In this document: positions 12,312-26,830 of the stretch, piece after piece | How the letters are laid out: each line of letters begins with the position of its first letter | Position numbering within the stretch: the first letter of the stretch is position 1 | Assembly (NCBI RefSeq): GCF_006345805.1 | Contig: NC_043011.1 | Location: 34,794,464-34,858,463, forward strand | Direction of reading: 5' to 3' | Length of the DNA stretch: 64,000 bases | Source of the DNA: Octopus sinensis | Lineage: Eukaryota | Program-made: the position numbers and the translations under genes | Notes under the pieces: model-generated | Database searches by the model: none | Seen by the model: only the letters and a program-made list of their open reading frames with translations | Told to the model about the DNA's origin: nothing

Positions 12312-13249
12312 CATACATACATAGATGATGATGTATATGTATATATAAAGAAGGAGATAATTTTAAGTCATTAAGAATTAATTTTACAACAAAAGATACA
12401 ATTTTCAAACTTAAGAAAAACAATCCTGATAACTATAGACATGTTTCTGGCATATTAAACCTCATCATCAAGAGTTTTCTCAGGTTTGCTTTGATCATGG
12501 CACAGAGATTTTTTTAAAAGTAAAAACAAAAACAGTTATGAAGGGGTTTTTGCTAGTGATATTTCACATAATTACTTAGGAAAATATGAGCGATGGAAAA
12601 TAACTCAAGTGAGGTCAATTGATAATTGTGACACATGCTGATGTACTGAATGTTGTATTCTGAAGAAAAAGAAAAAGAAATTCTTATATTTGCCACTTAG
12701 TTGGCAATAGAAAACAAAAATCAAGTATGAATAGTTGGCAGCTCTCAAAAAAAAAAAAATAACAAAAAAAAAAACAAAGAAGATAATTCCAAGATTTTAA
12801 GAATTAATCACTTAAGACTTTCAAAATTAATTACTTGGGGCAAAAAATCTATATATATTCTCTTTTACTGCTTCCAAACAGTATACATACATACACACAC
12901 ACATCACACACACAATTAAGTAATCCAAAATTATGGACCTGACTCAGTTTTCAACGAAGAATATCCAGTTACTCAATCAAATGACTGGCAAGTTCCACTG
13001 AACTAGTATGTAAGAGGCTGAATATTCCACAGAAATGGTAAACCCTCTGGTGGGTTTTTATCACTGAATCTGTCTCCCCAATTTTATTCATGGGTTACCA
13101 GAGACTGTAATAAGATATGATCCCAGGATACCTCGCATAGGGATTGAGCCGAATTCATTCACCATTCAGCCACACAAAAACACACATACATATAAATATG
13201 AGTGTGTGTGTGTGAATGTATATGTGTGTATATACACACACACAGACAG

Positions 13250-13342
<93 letters not shown>

Positions 13343-13343
13343 A

Positions 13344-13468
<125 letters not shown>

Positions 13469-13632
13469 TATATATATGTGTGTGTGTGTATGTATGTACG
13501 CATGTATGTAAAGGTGTACATTTCACAACCATATGATTCCCTGTTCAGTCTTATCTTGCATGTAAAGCACTTTAAGCAAGTCCATTTCCACACCGTTTCA
13601 GGTTGACCAAAATATGGTAGGGAGAAACTGGT

Positions 13633-13683
<51 letters not shown>

Positions 13684-13984
13684 TATATGCACGCTCACTT
13701 GTGTGTATGCACACACACACACACACACACAAACACACATAAATATGCATGTTTGTATGTATCAATATCTCATTCTCTCTCTCCCCCATCTTGCTCTCTT
13801 ATGAAAACCATTTCTTCCCCAAGATGAAACTGATGACAAAATATTGAACCACCATTAGTTACAAGTATTTTCTCACCACCCTCTTTACTAACTACCACTA
13901 TATTTGGCCTATATATATACATACACACACACACGCATATATATATATATATATATATTGGTGATGATGATAATGATATATATT

Positions 13985-14025
<41 letters not shown>

Positions 14026-14288
14026 AAATTATCAAAGGGCCTTCCCAAGCCATAGGTTCACAAGTCCAGTTTAGATTTTGTGACGTATACCTTCCACCAC
14101 TGATTGGATGCTGGTATGTCACAGGTTTACTCACTTTCGCCAGGTGAGTGGACTGGAGTAACGACCTTGGCGGAATTTGAACTCAGAACGTAAAGACAGA
14201 AGAAATATCGCTAAGCATTTCACCTGGCGTGCTAACGTTTCTGCCAGCTCACTGCCTTGAAATTTATATATGCATGCATGACCACACA

Positions 14289-14479
14289 CTCTTTTACTCT
14301 TTTAGTCATTTGACTGTAGCCATGCTGGAGCACTGCCTTTAGTCGAGGAAATCGACCCAAAGACTTATTCTTTGTAAGCCTAGTACTTATTCTATCGGTC
14401 TCTTTTGCCGAACCACTAAGTTACAACCAGTATCGGTTGTCAAGCGATGTTGAGGAGGGGAACAAACACAGACACACAA

Positions 14480-14538
<59 letters not shown>

Positions 14539-14705
14539 CATACATACGACGGTCTTCTTTCAGTTTCCGTCTACCAAATCGACTCACAAGGATTTGGTCG
14601 GCCCAAGGCTATAGTGGAAGACACTTGGCCAAGGTGCCACGCAGTGGGACTGAACTCGGAACCATGTGGTTGGTAAGCAAGCTACTTACAACACAGCCAG
14701 TCCTG
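14289..14705 (-). mobile_element. SINE family A
   Basis: Reverse complement of the 8603-9012 element. Confidence 0.88.
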
Positions 14706-14871
14706 TACATATATATTTAACAAACAATGACAAAGCAGTATAGATAATATAGATAGATCTCTTAGGCTATAATAACAACTTATTTATGTTCCATAGAAGT
14801 GAAGATATGGCTGTGTCATCTACAAGTTTTACTTCACAACTAAGTAGTTTGGGGAAGTTTCGTTCCAAGAA

Positions 14872-15190
14872 GGTGTGTGGTTTAATGACTAGGGCATATC
14901 ATTCACAATCATAAGGTCATGAGTTCGATACCAGGCAGTGCATTGAGTCCTTAAGCAAGACACTTTATTTCTCGTTGCTCCTGTCCATTCAACTGACAAA
15001 AGTGAGACATACCTGTAATTCAAAGGGCCAGTCTTGTTTCATTCTTTGTCATGCTGAATCTCCCTGAGAACTACATTAAGGGTATGCATATATGTGGAAT
15101 ACTCAGCCACTTACTTGATAATTTCATGGGCAGGCTGTTCCGTTGATCGGATCAACTGGAACCCTCGTCATCGTAACCGACAAAGTGCCA
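14872..15190 (+). mobile_element. tRNA-derived SINE family C
   Basis: tRNA-like head (gagttcgatacc), ccttaagcaagacactttatttc core, tail ctgttccgttgatcggatcaactggaaccc. Partial copies at 3085-3325, 9385-9495, 19845-19955, 31040-31185, 48820-48915. Confidence 0.75.
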
Positions 15191-15579
15191 GCTCATCCCA
15201 ATGTGCAACACCTTGAATAAATGACTTCTTCTGCCAGAGTCTGATGCTAACCAAATTCTCATTGTATGAAATTTGGGAGTTGGAAACTGCATGGAAGCCT
15301 GTCAGAAGGATTACTTTTGTTCTTTGGGCAACAGACTTAATTTGTTCCCCAGTTTTTACACTACCACCTGACCCTACAATGCCTTAAGTGGAGTACACTC
15401 TGCTGCAAGTCTCCAGACTGAGAATAAATTCCTCCCCTCTTCCCACCTGACTTAGAATCCCCAAAAATGGGTCCATGGGGACTACCCCGTCCTTCTCTGA
15501 CCTAGTCTAAAAACAAATAAAAATTTATGATTTATAAACTGATGTTGATAATGTAGATATTACACTGTAGATAACTACT

Positions 15580-16140
15580 ATCATGTCCTGACTATATGTA
15601 GTACCAATAACATAGGTCTTTAGTAATATATAGTACTATAGTACTAATAGCATAGGCTGGTGATAATATATAGTGCAATAGCACTAATAACATAGCTCAG
15701 TGATAATGTAAAGTACTAATAACATAGGCCAGAGATGAGTAATAACATAGATAGAACTATGATACTAACAATATAGATTTGTGATAATATATAGTACTAC
15801 AGTACTAATAACACGGTTCAGAGATATTATAGCACATAGTACTACAGTACTAATAATATAGGTCTGTGGTAATATATAGTATTACAGCACTAACAACATA
15901 GGTATGTGAAAACATAATACATAGCACTATAGTACTTGTGATATAGATCTGCGGTAATATATAGTACTGCAGTACTAATAGTGTTGGTGGTAATATATAG
16001 TGATATATAGTACTGCAGTGCTAATAGTCTACATCAGTGGTAACATATTGTAGTATATTATCAATAACACAGGTCACTGCTAAGATGTATATTATAGGAC
16101 TAATAATATATGTCAATGACAACATATAGAACTATAATGT
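15580..16140. repeat. Degenerate 40-bp minisatellite
   Basis: Unit approximates gtgataatatatagtactacagtactaataacataggtct. Confidence 0.75.
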
Positions 16141-16689
16141 TAATAATGATGGTCAACGGTTTCATATATATATATATATACATATGTATATGTGTATATA
16201 AAAATGTATGTATGTATGTATTTATATTGTACAACAAAGTTAACAATATAGATCAGTAATAACAAACAGCAAGTACTACAATAGCACTTAAAATATACCA
16301 TATTTTACTCATTTACAATTAGGTCCCCTAATATAATGCAGGACCCCAGATTTTTTTGCACCTAAACATAAGAAATATATTATATATTTTATCTCTTTAT
16401 AAAAACATATTTTTAAAAACACTGGAATACAAAGCAACCCATCAATAATGATTCTGGCATTTTGTATAAAATTTCTTGTATTATACTCAATAGGTAAATA
16501 TGATAGGTTAGTGATGACAATGTAGATAGTATAGGTCATAGTCGCCGTATGTATTCTTTTTTTTCTTTCTTAGTAACAATAAAACAACGGTCCAGATAAA
16601 ATATAAATGAAATGAATTGCAAGTACCATTAGCTACAGATTAATAGCATCAATACCGTCATACTGGTAGTGATTATTCTTTCTACAAAA

Positions 16690-17160
16690 GGGTACAATTC
16701 CTGAAATTTGATGGCAGGGGGCAAGTTGATTGCATCAACCCCAGTAGAGTACTTGACTGGTACTTTATTTTATCGACCTTGAAAGGCAAAGGATGAAAGG
16801 CAAAGTTGACCTTGGCAGGATTTTGAGCGCAACACATACATAAACAGCTGAGAAGAAAAAAAAAAAGTGCTGCAAAGCATCTTGTCCAGCATGCTAACGA
16901 TTCTGCCAACTTACCACCCTCCCTCTGACTGACAATACTTCCTTATACAACAGGCACAAAGCCTGGAATTTTGGGGTGGGAGTAAGTCAATTACATTGAT
17001 CTCCCCGGTACAATACTAGGCTGGTTCTTCATTTTTATCAATTCTGAAAAGGTGAAAAGCAAAGCTGACTTTGGTGGAATTTCAAGCTCAGCATTGAAAG
17101 AGCTGGAAAAAATGCCACTAAGCAGTGCCCTCCTGGTGATTCTGCCGGCTTGCCTGCTTT
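16690..17160 (-). mobile_element. Two tandem diverged SINE-B copies
   Basis: SINE-B core motifs present twice. Confidence 0.7.
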
Positions 17161-17303
17161 GCACCGATAATAATAACATAAGGAGGATCTCTAATATGCG
17201 TAACACAAGGTTACACAAATTTGAAGGAGACAAGGATGGATATTATGATCATCAGAATCACAATCAGTATACATATATATATACATACATACATATATAT
17301 ATA

Positions 17304-17341
<38 letters not shown>

Positions 17342-17375
17342 TATATATAGGTGTGTGTATATATATATATAGGTG

Positions 17376-17408
<33 letters not shown>

Positions 17409-18001
17409 CCTATGTATGTATGCATAATGATTTTAGCATTTTTGTTTCATTGACCCTAGAGTGAAGGAAGGTAAAAACAAATCTTATATAGCAGTGGAAT
17501 GTTGAAATGAAATACAGTTTGGCATTTAATCTGAAAGTGGAGTTGTGTACATTATTTTTTTTTGTTTGTTTTTTTTTTGCCATTCCACAGCCTTCATACG
17601 AATTATAATACTGATTCATTATCATAAAAAATAATAACAAACACAAACAGATCATCTCTGTTGTAATGAACCAATGCGAATTCCTTTTTAACATAAAATA
17701 TTGCAGGTTATTTAAATTGGCACTACGTGAAACTCAGCATGATTAAATGTAAATATGTTACAAAAAAGCACATGAGATACTTTAGGCTGAGAGTAGTTAC
17801 AACATTGCAATACCACTAACACAAAGGCACTGATTTGATATACATAAATATATTATATTATATTATTTTATATTACACACACTAACGCACACACGTAGAT
17901 ACAACACATGGAAACACATGCACACACACACATATGTATACGTATGTATGTAAATATGCATGTACGTATATGTACAAATATGCATGCACATATATCTGTG
18001 C

Positions 18002-18087
<86 letters not shown>

Positions 18088-18388
18088 CAAGATGGGACAA
18101 GAACGCAAAGTTGTCCCATTTTTGTATCACCTAACTCTCCGGATGTTTTGTGTTCTTGTCCCATTTTGTATTTTATATATAGCGGTGTACACATACTTTG
18201 GTCTCTTATATATGTGTATATATATATATATACATACACAGATCCCGTGTATGTAGACATACATATATATGTGTGTATATACATATATATATATATATAA
18301 TATATACATACATACATACATATCATCATCATCATCATCATCATGGAAAACGGACGAAGCGATGATGATGATGATGATGATATGTATG

Positions 18389-18442
<54 letters not shown>

Positions 18443-18682
18443 GCATAGAGATAGAAAGGGGGGAAGGTATTGTGATAGAAAATACAGAAATATTATACAC
18501 AGTTAGATGGAGTGGGCTGGGGTAGGGGTGGGTGGAATCAACAGCTTTTTTTCTATTTTACAATACTGCTTAATACTATTCCATACAGAGTAGTACTAAA
18601 CAAACAGATGGATCAGCAGCAGCAGTAGTACCAGCAGCAGTATTAGTACTGGTGATAATGAGATACATGAGTATTGTACTAA

Positions 18683-18992
18683 TTTGTGACTGGAGACAAT
18701 TTGTTGTTTGCACCTTCTCGAGTCATGCCTGGCTCATAAGGGCCAGTTTCCTGGTTTCATTGGCGTACAGGTTCTCCGCCTGGACGGGATGCCAGTCTGT
18801 CGCAGGTGAGCTGCTTGATACAGGAGGAATGGCGAAAGAGTCAGCAGAGGTTCGCCATCACCTTCTGCCTTGGAGCTGTGTGGAGCTTAGGTGTTTCATC
18901 CATAAAGACACCCATCACCCGGTCTGAGATTCGAACCTGTGATCCCTCAACCGCAAGTTCGTTGCTCTAAGCACTATGCCATGTGCCTCCAT
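18683..18992 (-). mobile_element. Further tRNA-derived SINE
   Basis: Minus-strand head ggaggcacatggcatagtgcttagagc...caggttcgaatctc, with a body distinct from families A-C. Confidence 0.65.
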
Positions 18993-19191
18993 GGAGATAG
19001 TTTAGTAGCAACTAATTACTAAGATATTAATCACTAACACAGCAATGATGTTTACAGACGAAGACTCTCTAAGTTTCTAATGGTCATAATGATTTGAGTG
19101 CATGCGTGTGTGTGTATGAGTATGTGTTGTGTGTGTACATATATATCTACATATATATTTACATATGTGTATGCATGTGTGTGTGTATGAT

Positions 19192-19285
<94 letters not shown>

Positions 19286-19423
19286 ATATCCATAACTATA
19301 TATGTATATAAGCATATATATGTATATATGTGTGTGTGTATGAGTATGTGTTGTGTGTGTGTGTATGCATGTGTATGCGTGTGTATGTATGTATATGTAT
19401 AAATACACATATACACACACATC

Positions 19424-19474
<51 letters not shown>

Positions 19475-19625
19475 ATAACTATATATGTATCTACTCACAT
19501 ATATGTATATAAGCATGTATATATATATATATTACATATATATTTACATATGTGTATGCATGTGTGTGTGTATGATTGTGTGTATATATATATATATACA
19601 TATTATATATATATATATATATATA

Positions 19626-19664
<39 letters not shown>

Positions 19665-19993
19665 ACATGATGGACACTCTCCTCATTAGATGACGTATGA
19701 GAGTTCAACAATTTCTTACCAAACATTGTTTATAGTGATCAAAAGTTTGTGTACACATAAGCTCATTCCCTCCATCAAATCAACATTACTAGTACAGGTG
19801 CAAACAGGTGCCACATGTCAGATGACGGAATGATTGCAGAGCAATGGGAAATGAAGTGTTTTGCTCAAGAACACAATGCAAAGCCTGGTCTGGCAACTGA
19901 ACCCATGATCTTGCAATCATGAGTGTAATACCTTAACCACTGAGCCATGCGCCTTAATATATATATATTCATATATACATATATATATATTCA

Positions 19994-20077
<84 letters not shown>

Positions 20078-20336
20078 GGTAGATGGATATAGCTACATAT
20101 AGGCAGTATATTATTTTTTGTAAAACAAATATATAAAAATTTCACACTCAAAAGTGACAAGAAACCCTCTGAGGGAACTCAAAGCACAAAGAACATGTTT
20201 ACTGTGTAAACGTGCTTACATTTCATCATGTGCATGCATTTAAGCACATATGCATGTTTATAAATGTGTGTGTGTGTGCGTATATGTGTGTGTATTTGTG
20301 CATGTGTGCATGCGTATGTGTATATATATGTATGTG

Positions 20337-20390
<54 letters not shown>

Positions 20391-20527
20391 CTAAATCATA
20401 ATTTTAATAATAATTATTACATTTGAATGTTTTTATTCCCATGCTGGCCACTTGATAAGATTGGTAATTAAATTAACGATCTTATCCTTATATATATTAT
20501 ATATATATATATATATATAATATATAT

Positions 20528-20616
<89 letters not shown>

Positions 20617-20894
20617 ATATATGTGTATATGTATATATGTATATGCATATATATGTATGTATATGCATACATATGTATGTATATGCTTATATATATGTAT
20701 GTATATTCATATACATGCATATATGATATATATATTGATATATATTTATGTATATATATATATGCATATATATAATATATACATACATATATGCATATAT
20801 ATATATATGTATGCATATATGTATATCTACATATATATATATATGTATATGCATGCATGCATGTATATATATATATATATATACATACATATAC

Positions 20895-20931
<37 letters not shown>

Positions 20932-21448
20932 TATACATATACATATATATACATATACATATATATATATTTATGTATGTATGAATGTATATATGTATGT
21001 ATGCATGTATTCATGCATATATATATATATATATCTACCATGTGTATACTAGATATAGAATAGGCAGAATGCACACTTGTGTGCTGAAGGAGGCAAGTGA
21101 AAAGGTTGGTGATAGGGAGAGTTATCCACCTACAAAACACTGTCAGAATAAAAAAAAACCTGTCCAATCCATGCCAGCATGGAAAAGCATATATATATAT
21201 ATACACACATACATATATATATATACACAGACACACATGCACACATGTGCATACATATACATATGTTGATGTGTATACTTGTTCTAAGATGTGTAATGAT
21301 TACAGCAGAGCATAGTTTATACAAATTAAGAGCAGAGAATTCAGTTCATACTGAAATACAGCATTTCTCAATTTGCAGTATATATATATATATAAATGTG
21401 TGTGTGAATGTGTACGTGTGTGCATGTGTGTGTATATATTTATATAAT

Positions 21449-21487
<39 letters not shown>

Positions 21488-21584
21488 GTATGCATGTATG
21501 TATGATGCATATATGTATGTATATATATAGATACATATACATATATACACATACATGTATGTATGTATGTATATACACACATAT

Positions 21585-21629
<45 letters not shown>

Positions 21630-22043
21630 GAACTGGACAGTTTGTTCATAAATTGTATACCTCACACACACACGTGTATGTATGTGTGTGGATGTATGCA
21701 AGCATGCAAATAAGTCATACTTTCTGCATAAATTTACACACAAAATATAACTAAAGAAAAAGAAAAAAAAGAAGATGGTGGGGAAACATTAAGAAAAATC
21801 AATTTGAAAAGGCTTGATTTGGAACAGAACATATTGTATAACACATACACACACAAGATATTTCAAAAACATTAGGACACCACACACGCACGCACACACA
21901 CACGGACACACACTATTAGCTGTTTTGTAGGTAGCAGAGATGTGGCTCACTGAAGGCCAATCATCCCTATGTATGCTTAGGAAAAAAGTACCTGTGCGTG
22001 ATTACTTTGTATACAAGTATATAAAAATTCTGGAAAAAAATCA

Positions 22044-22868
22044 TCAAGGTTCCTTATGAAGTCGTTTCGGCAGATTTCTGACTGGCGTCATAACGGACTG
22101 ATATGTTTTATTCAAATTGTTTTTCACAACATTTTTCCTTTCTTTAGCAAGTTGGGCACTAATCTTTGCTTCATGGAGTAAACGGCGATATTTCTTAACA
22201 TACTGCAAGGTTAATTTCAAGTAGAAATCTTTGCCATTTTCTTCATAATCTAAATAATGGTAAGTATCAAATGTCTTGGGGATAGCTGGTTCGATTTGGG
22301 TGCCTTCATGCCATTCATTGAATGAGGTGATACTAAGAAATTCAGGGAGCTCGTTGAAAGCAGCTTTGAAACTGTTTTCGTAGTATTTGCCATTTTCACG
22401 TTCTCGTTTGTTTTCACCATTCCAGGGCCGGACCTGGAGATCAATATATCCTGGGGCCACGCTAGGAATGAAAAACATGCTGTGCTTTTTGGCAAACTGG
22501 GCATATTCTGGCCAAAAGTTCCACGAAGAAGCATGAGTAAAGCCATCAGTGGCAAAATATGTGTAGAAGCCATCAAACCCAGCGTTCTTCAGGCTAAGCA
22601 AGTGGCTTTCTTCAAGAGCAAGACCAATATAAATAGCATCGTACTTAGAATCTCGAAGAGTATATCGCTTGTTGGTGTGGAAGATTTCACTCCAGTGTTT
22701 CGGAGAGATGCGATAAGAATCATAGATGTAAAACATCGGAAGCCATTTTCCTCGATAAAATTTCTTATACAAAGCAGGGTGGTCACCATATTCATTCATG
22801 ATATAGATAATATCTCTTCGGAAAGTGGTATGATTCCGGCCAAAATATGGCTCCATGTGTAGTATCAC
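22044..22868 (-). CDS. MANEA: MANEA last coding exon, catalytic domain
   Basis: Acceptor tttcttcAG at 22870-22869, phase 0. Motifs LHMEPY, PMFYIYDSY, GFDGFYTYFATDGF, FIPSVAPGYID, SITSFNEWHEGTQIEPA (GH99 catalytic EXXE). 592+110+825=1527 nt = 508 aa plus stop. Confidence 0.96.
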   Translation of the reverse strand: MILHMEPYFGRNHTTFRRDIIYIMNEYGDHPALYKKFYRGKWLPMFYIYDSYRISPKHWSEIFHTNKRYTLRDSKYDAIYIGLALEESHLLSLKNAGFDGFYTYFATDGFTHASSWNFWPEYAQFAKKHSMFFIPSVAPGYIDLQVRPWNGENKRERENGKYYENSFKAAFNELPEFLSITSFNEWHEGTQIEPAIPKTFDTYHYLDYEENGKDFYLKLTLQYVKKYRRLLHEAKISAQLAKERKNVVKNNLNKTYQSVMTPVRNLPKRLHKEP

Positions 22869-23896
22869 CTGAAGAAATTAAAAAGAAAAATGTAATTTGA
22901 ACGGCACAGAATTTCATTTTTTTTTTTTTTACTCAATTACAACAGAATATCATTTTTTTTTTTCATAATTTTTACATAACTACAGGCATGGTTGTTTGAT
23001 TAAGAACTTCATCTTGTAACCACATGGGTTTCACCTCAATCTTTGTTATTGAATTTGGTAAGTGGAATCTGTAAGGAAGCCCATTCTATGTGCATGTATA
23101 TATGTACACACACACATGCACACATGCACACATGCAAAAACACATACACACACACACATATATAATCCTTTCTACTATAGGCAAAGGGCCTGACATTTTG
23201 AGGGAGGGGACTAGTCAATTCCATTGACCCCTGAATTTAACTAATACTTATTTCATCAACCCAGAAAGGATAAAAGGTGAAGTCAACCCTGATAGCATTT
23301 GAACTTAGAACACAAACACAGATGAAATGTCACAAAGCATTTTGGCTACACATACTCTCTTTTACTTGTTTCAGTCATTTGACTGCAGCCATGCTGGAGC
23401 AGCGCCTTTAGTCGAGCAAATTGACCCCAAGACTTATTCTTTGTAAGCCTAGTACTTATTCTATCGGTCTCTTTTGCCAAACTGCTAAGTTACGGGGATG
23501 TAAACACACCACCATCAGTTGTCAAGTGATGTTGGGAGGACAAACGCAGACACACAAACATACATACATACATATATATATATATATTGCGAAACTGAGG
23601 ACCTTGCCATGGAAAGGTCGCTCTTATTGCGCGGTTCTGTTTCGTGCGTGTATACCCGCGATTACGTTTCTCTGTGTCTGTCACCATGTTTTCACATTGA
23701 CATTGCTTCTGCAACGGTCACAGATGTTTGTGTCCTGCATAAGCAACATACCCTTTGCTTTTCGTCTTTAATTATCGTCCAAAAAATGGGGCTAGTCATC
23801 TCAAAACCACAACAAAATACAGACAGACGAACAGCTAAGGCAAGAGAAAGATAAATATTGATCAGAGTTATTTCCCTTGCATTAACTCATTTCTTA

Positions 23897-24289
23897 TACT
23901 CTTACTCTTTTACTCGTTTCAGTCATCTGACTGCGGCCATGCTGGAGCACCGCCTTTTGTCGAGCAAATCGACCCCGGGACTTATTCTTTCTACTTATTC
24001 TATCGGTCTCTTTTGCCGAACCGCTAAGTTACGGGGACGTAAACACACCAGCATCGGTTGTCAAGTAATGCTAGGGGGACAAACACAGACACACAAACAC
24101 ACACATATATATATATATATACATATATACGACAGGCTTCTTTCAGTTTCCGTCTACTAAATCCACTCACAAGGCATTGGTCGGCCCGGGGCTATAGCAG
24201 AAGACACTTGCCCAAGATTCCACGCAGTGGGACTGAACCCGGAACCATGTGGTTGGTTAGCAAGCTACTTACCACACAGCTACTCCTGC
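23897..24289 (-). mobile_element. SINE family A
   Basis: Near-identical to 8603-9012 in reverse; an extra tail fragment lies at 23353-23580. Confidence 0.88.
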
Positions 24290-24569
24290 GCCTATGTAGA
24301 ATAAACAAATTAAAATTAGTGGAGAACTCAGTCGAAGCTGAGACTTTGCGCACTGAATTGTTACCTATATAAGGGTACTTTTCTGCTATGAGGAGCTCTA
24401 GAATAATCAGAGACAAGTAATCTTGATTAGCCTATTTTTTCAAAAGTGCAAGAATCAGACGGGAAATTTATCTTTTGTTTAGGTCATTGGATTCCGCCCA
24501 TGCCGAGGCACCGCATTGAGCAGTTTAGTCAAATAAATTGCCCCTAAGACTTAGTATTTAAAAAAAATT

Positions 24570-24995
24570 GGATCTTTTCGGTTTGAACGGCAGTTTTTAA
24601 CATAATTTCTAGGTAACTAAACACTTTTAAACTTCGTATACTGGTAGAATGTGTTTATAAAACATCTATTTCTTTTGGCTTTATTGAGAAAATTCGATAG
24701 TTTGTAAGATATTTGTTGGTTTTTTTTTCTTCAATTTCTGCAATTTCAACCAATCAGTGACGTCCATTGATGTAAAAAAAAAACATTCTGTGCCGTATGA
24801 ATATGTCCCTCGTTTAAGAAACAGATTGGGTTTATTTACATTTGTGAAGAAAAAAAAGATACCCTTCCCCCCACCCCTAACCCTAACCCTAAAACAGATT
24901 GAAATGCAATAGATCGATACTAGGGTCATAATTTTGGACGACAATTTCATATGACACCGCTAGAAAAAAAACTGCTGTTCAAACCGAAAAAATCA
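24570..24995 (+). mobile_element. Merlin-like MITE, asymmetric form
   Basis: TIR GGATCTTTTCGGTTTGAACGGCAGTTTTT, degenerate right TIR, flanked by aaaaaatt-like duplication. Confidence 0.7.
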
Positions 24996-25028
24996 AAAAA
25001 AAATTTTTCTTGTACTTTCTATTGGGGG

Positions 25029-26048
25029 TCGGTATACCCCTCAGGACCGTCAAAATTCGATTATGTGGGACCATATGATTGTTGGTTAATTTCTGTAAAA
25101 ATTCCTTATTTATTTACTTTTGCTTTAAAGTGAAAGAGGAGAAAGTGAAAGATGTATGTACGTGTGTATGAAATGGACGTGTGTGTGAGAGAGAAAGTGA
25201 GTGACGGGGTGTGTCGTCTTGTATACGTACATACGAAGGATAATGTGAGAATGCCACTTACACATGCGAAAAAATACATATATGACAACACACACCTTCA
25301 CTCTCTCACTTACACACACTCTCTCGCTCTCTCTGTCTCACACGCACACTTACAAAAAAGATGTATGCATATATATTTATGTATGTACGTATATATGAAA
25401 GATGTGTATGAGTGACAAAGAGCCTTTCAGTGCCACTTACACACAGTGGCTGTGTGGTAAGTAGCTTGCTAACCAACCACATGGTTCCGGGTTCAGCCCC
25501 ACTGCGTGGCATCTTGGGCAAGTGCCTTCTGCTATAGCCCCGGGCCGACTAATGCCTTGTGAGTGGATTTGGTAGACGGAAACTGAAAGAAGCCTGTCGT
25601 ATATATGTATATATATATGTGTGTGTGTGTGTATGTTTGTGTTTGTCCCCCTAGCATTGCTTGACAACCGATGCTGGTGTGTTTACGTCCCCGTCACTTA
25701 GCGGTTCAGCAAAAGAGACCGATAGAATAAGTACTGGGCTTACAAAGAATAAGTCCCGGGGTCGATTTGCTCGACTAAAGGCGGTACTCCAGCATGGCCG
25801 CAGTCAAATGACTGAAACAAGTAAAAGAGTAAAGAGTAATACATGACAACACACACTTTCACTCTCTCTCACACACACACACACACACACATACAGACAG
25901 GTCTATTTCATATACACGTACATATATCTTTCACTTTCGGCTCTCCCTTCAGAGCAAATGTCGCCTTCCAAAGGTCATGAATACAAAAGTAAATAAATAA
26001 TTACGGTCCCATATGATCGAATTTTGACATTCCTGAGAGGTATACCGA
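25029..26048. mobile_element. Foldback/MITE with long inverted arms, containing SINE-A at 25445-25836
   Basis: tcggtatacccctcagg..gtcaaaattcgat..gggacc..atttatttacttttg is mirrored at about 25980-26048; inner arms 25135-25220 and 25843-25945 are also complementary. No TSD seen. Confidence 0.65.
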
Positions 26049-26830
26049 AAGAATGATATGTAGTTGAAAAAAATTTAACAACACACACACGTGGTAAGAC
26101 GTTTGCTTCCCAACCACATGGCTCCGGGTTCAGTCCCACTGCATGGCACCTTAGGCAAGCATCTTCTACTATAGCGTATGTATGTTTTTGTGTCTGTGTT
26201 TGTCCCCCACAATCGCTTGACAACCGATGTTGGTGTGTTTATGCCCCCATAACATAGCGGTTCAGCAATAGGTACTCATAGAATAAGTACTAGGCTTACA
26301 AAGAATAAGTCCTGAGGTGCTCCGGTATGGCCACACTCAAATGACTGAAACAAGTAAAAGAATACACACACACAACGGACTTCCTCACAGTTTCTGTCTA
26401 CTAAATCTACTCACAAGGATCGGGGCTTCAGTAGAAGACATTTCTCCAAGGTGCCGTGCAATGGGACTGAACCTAAAAGTACATGGTTGCAAAGCGGACT
26501 TCTCAACCACACAGCCGCGCCTGCGCCTCACATAAATATAACTTTTAATTCTTAGCAAGGAAATGTTAACAGAATTTTTTTTTTTTTAATATATACCAAT
26601 ACAGATCATTTAATCATTTCAAAGCAATGTTTAATATATGTTATACATTTAGTTATTCAATTTAAAAGATAGTAACAAAAAAAAAAATGGGTTCGTAGGT
26701 AAACTTGTTACACAAACGATCTCAAGTACAAAAAGAAAACAAAAAAAAAAAAAACGAAGAGACCATACAAACTATTATGAATCACTCGTATGTCTCCAAA
26801 AGTTCATAAATAGAGTATTTAATAATTTTA

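Noticed and set aside
22482-22862. 126-aa + strand ORF, and nested minus ORFs 22250-22576 and 22589-22795
   Set aside because: Shadow frames of the MANEA exon.
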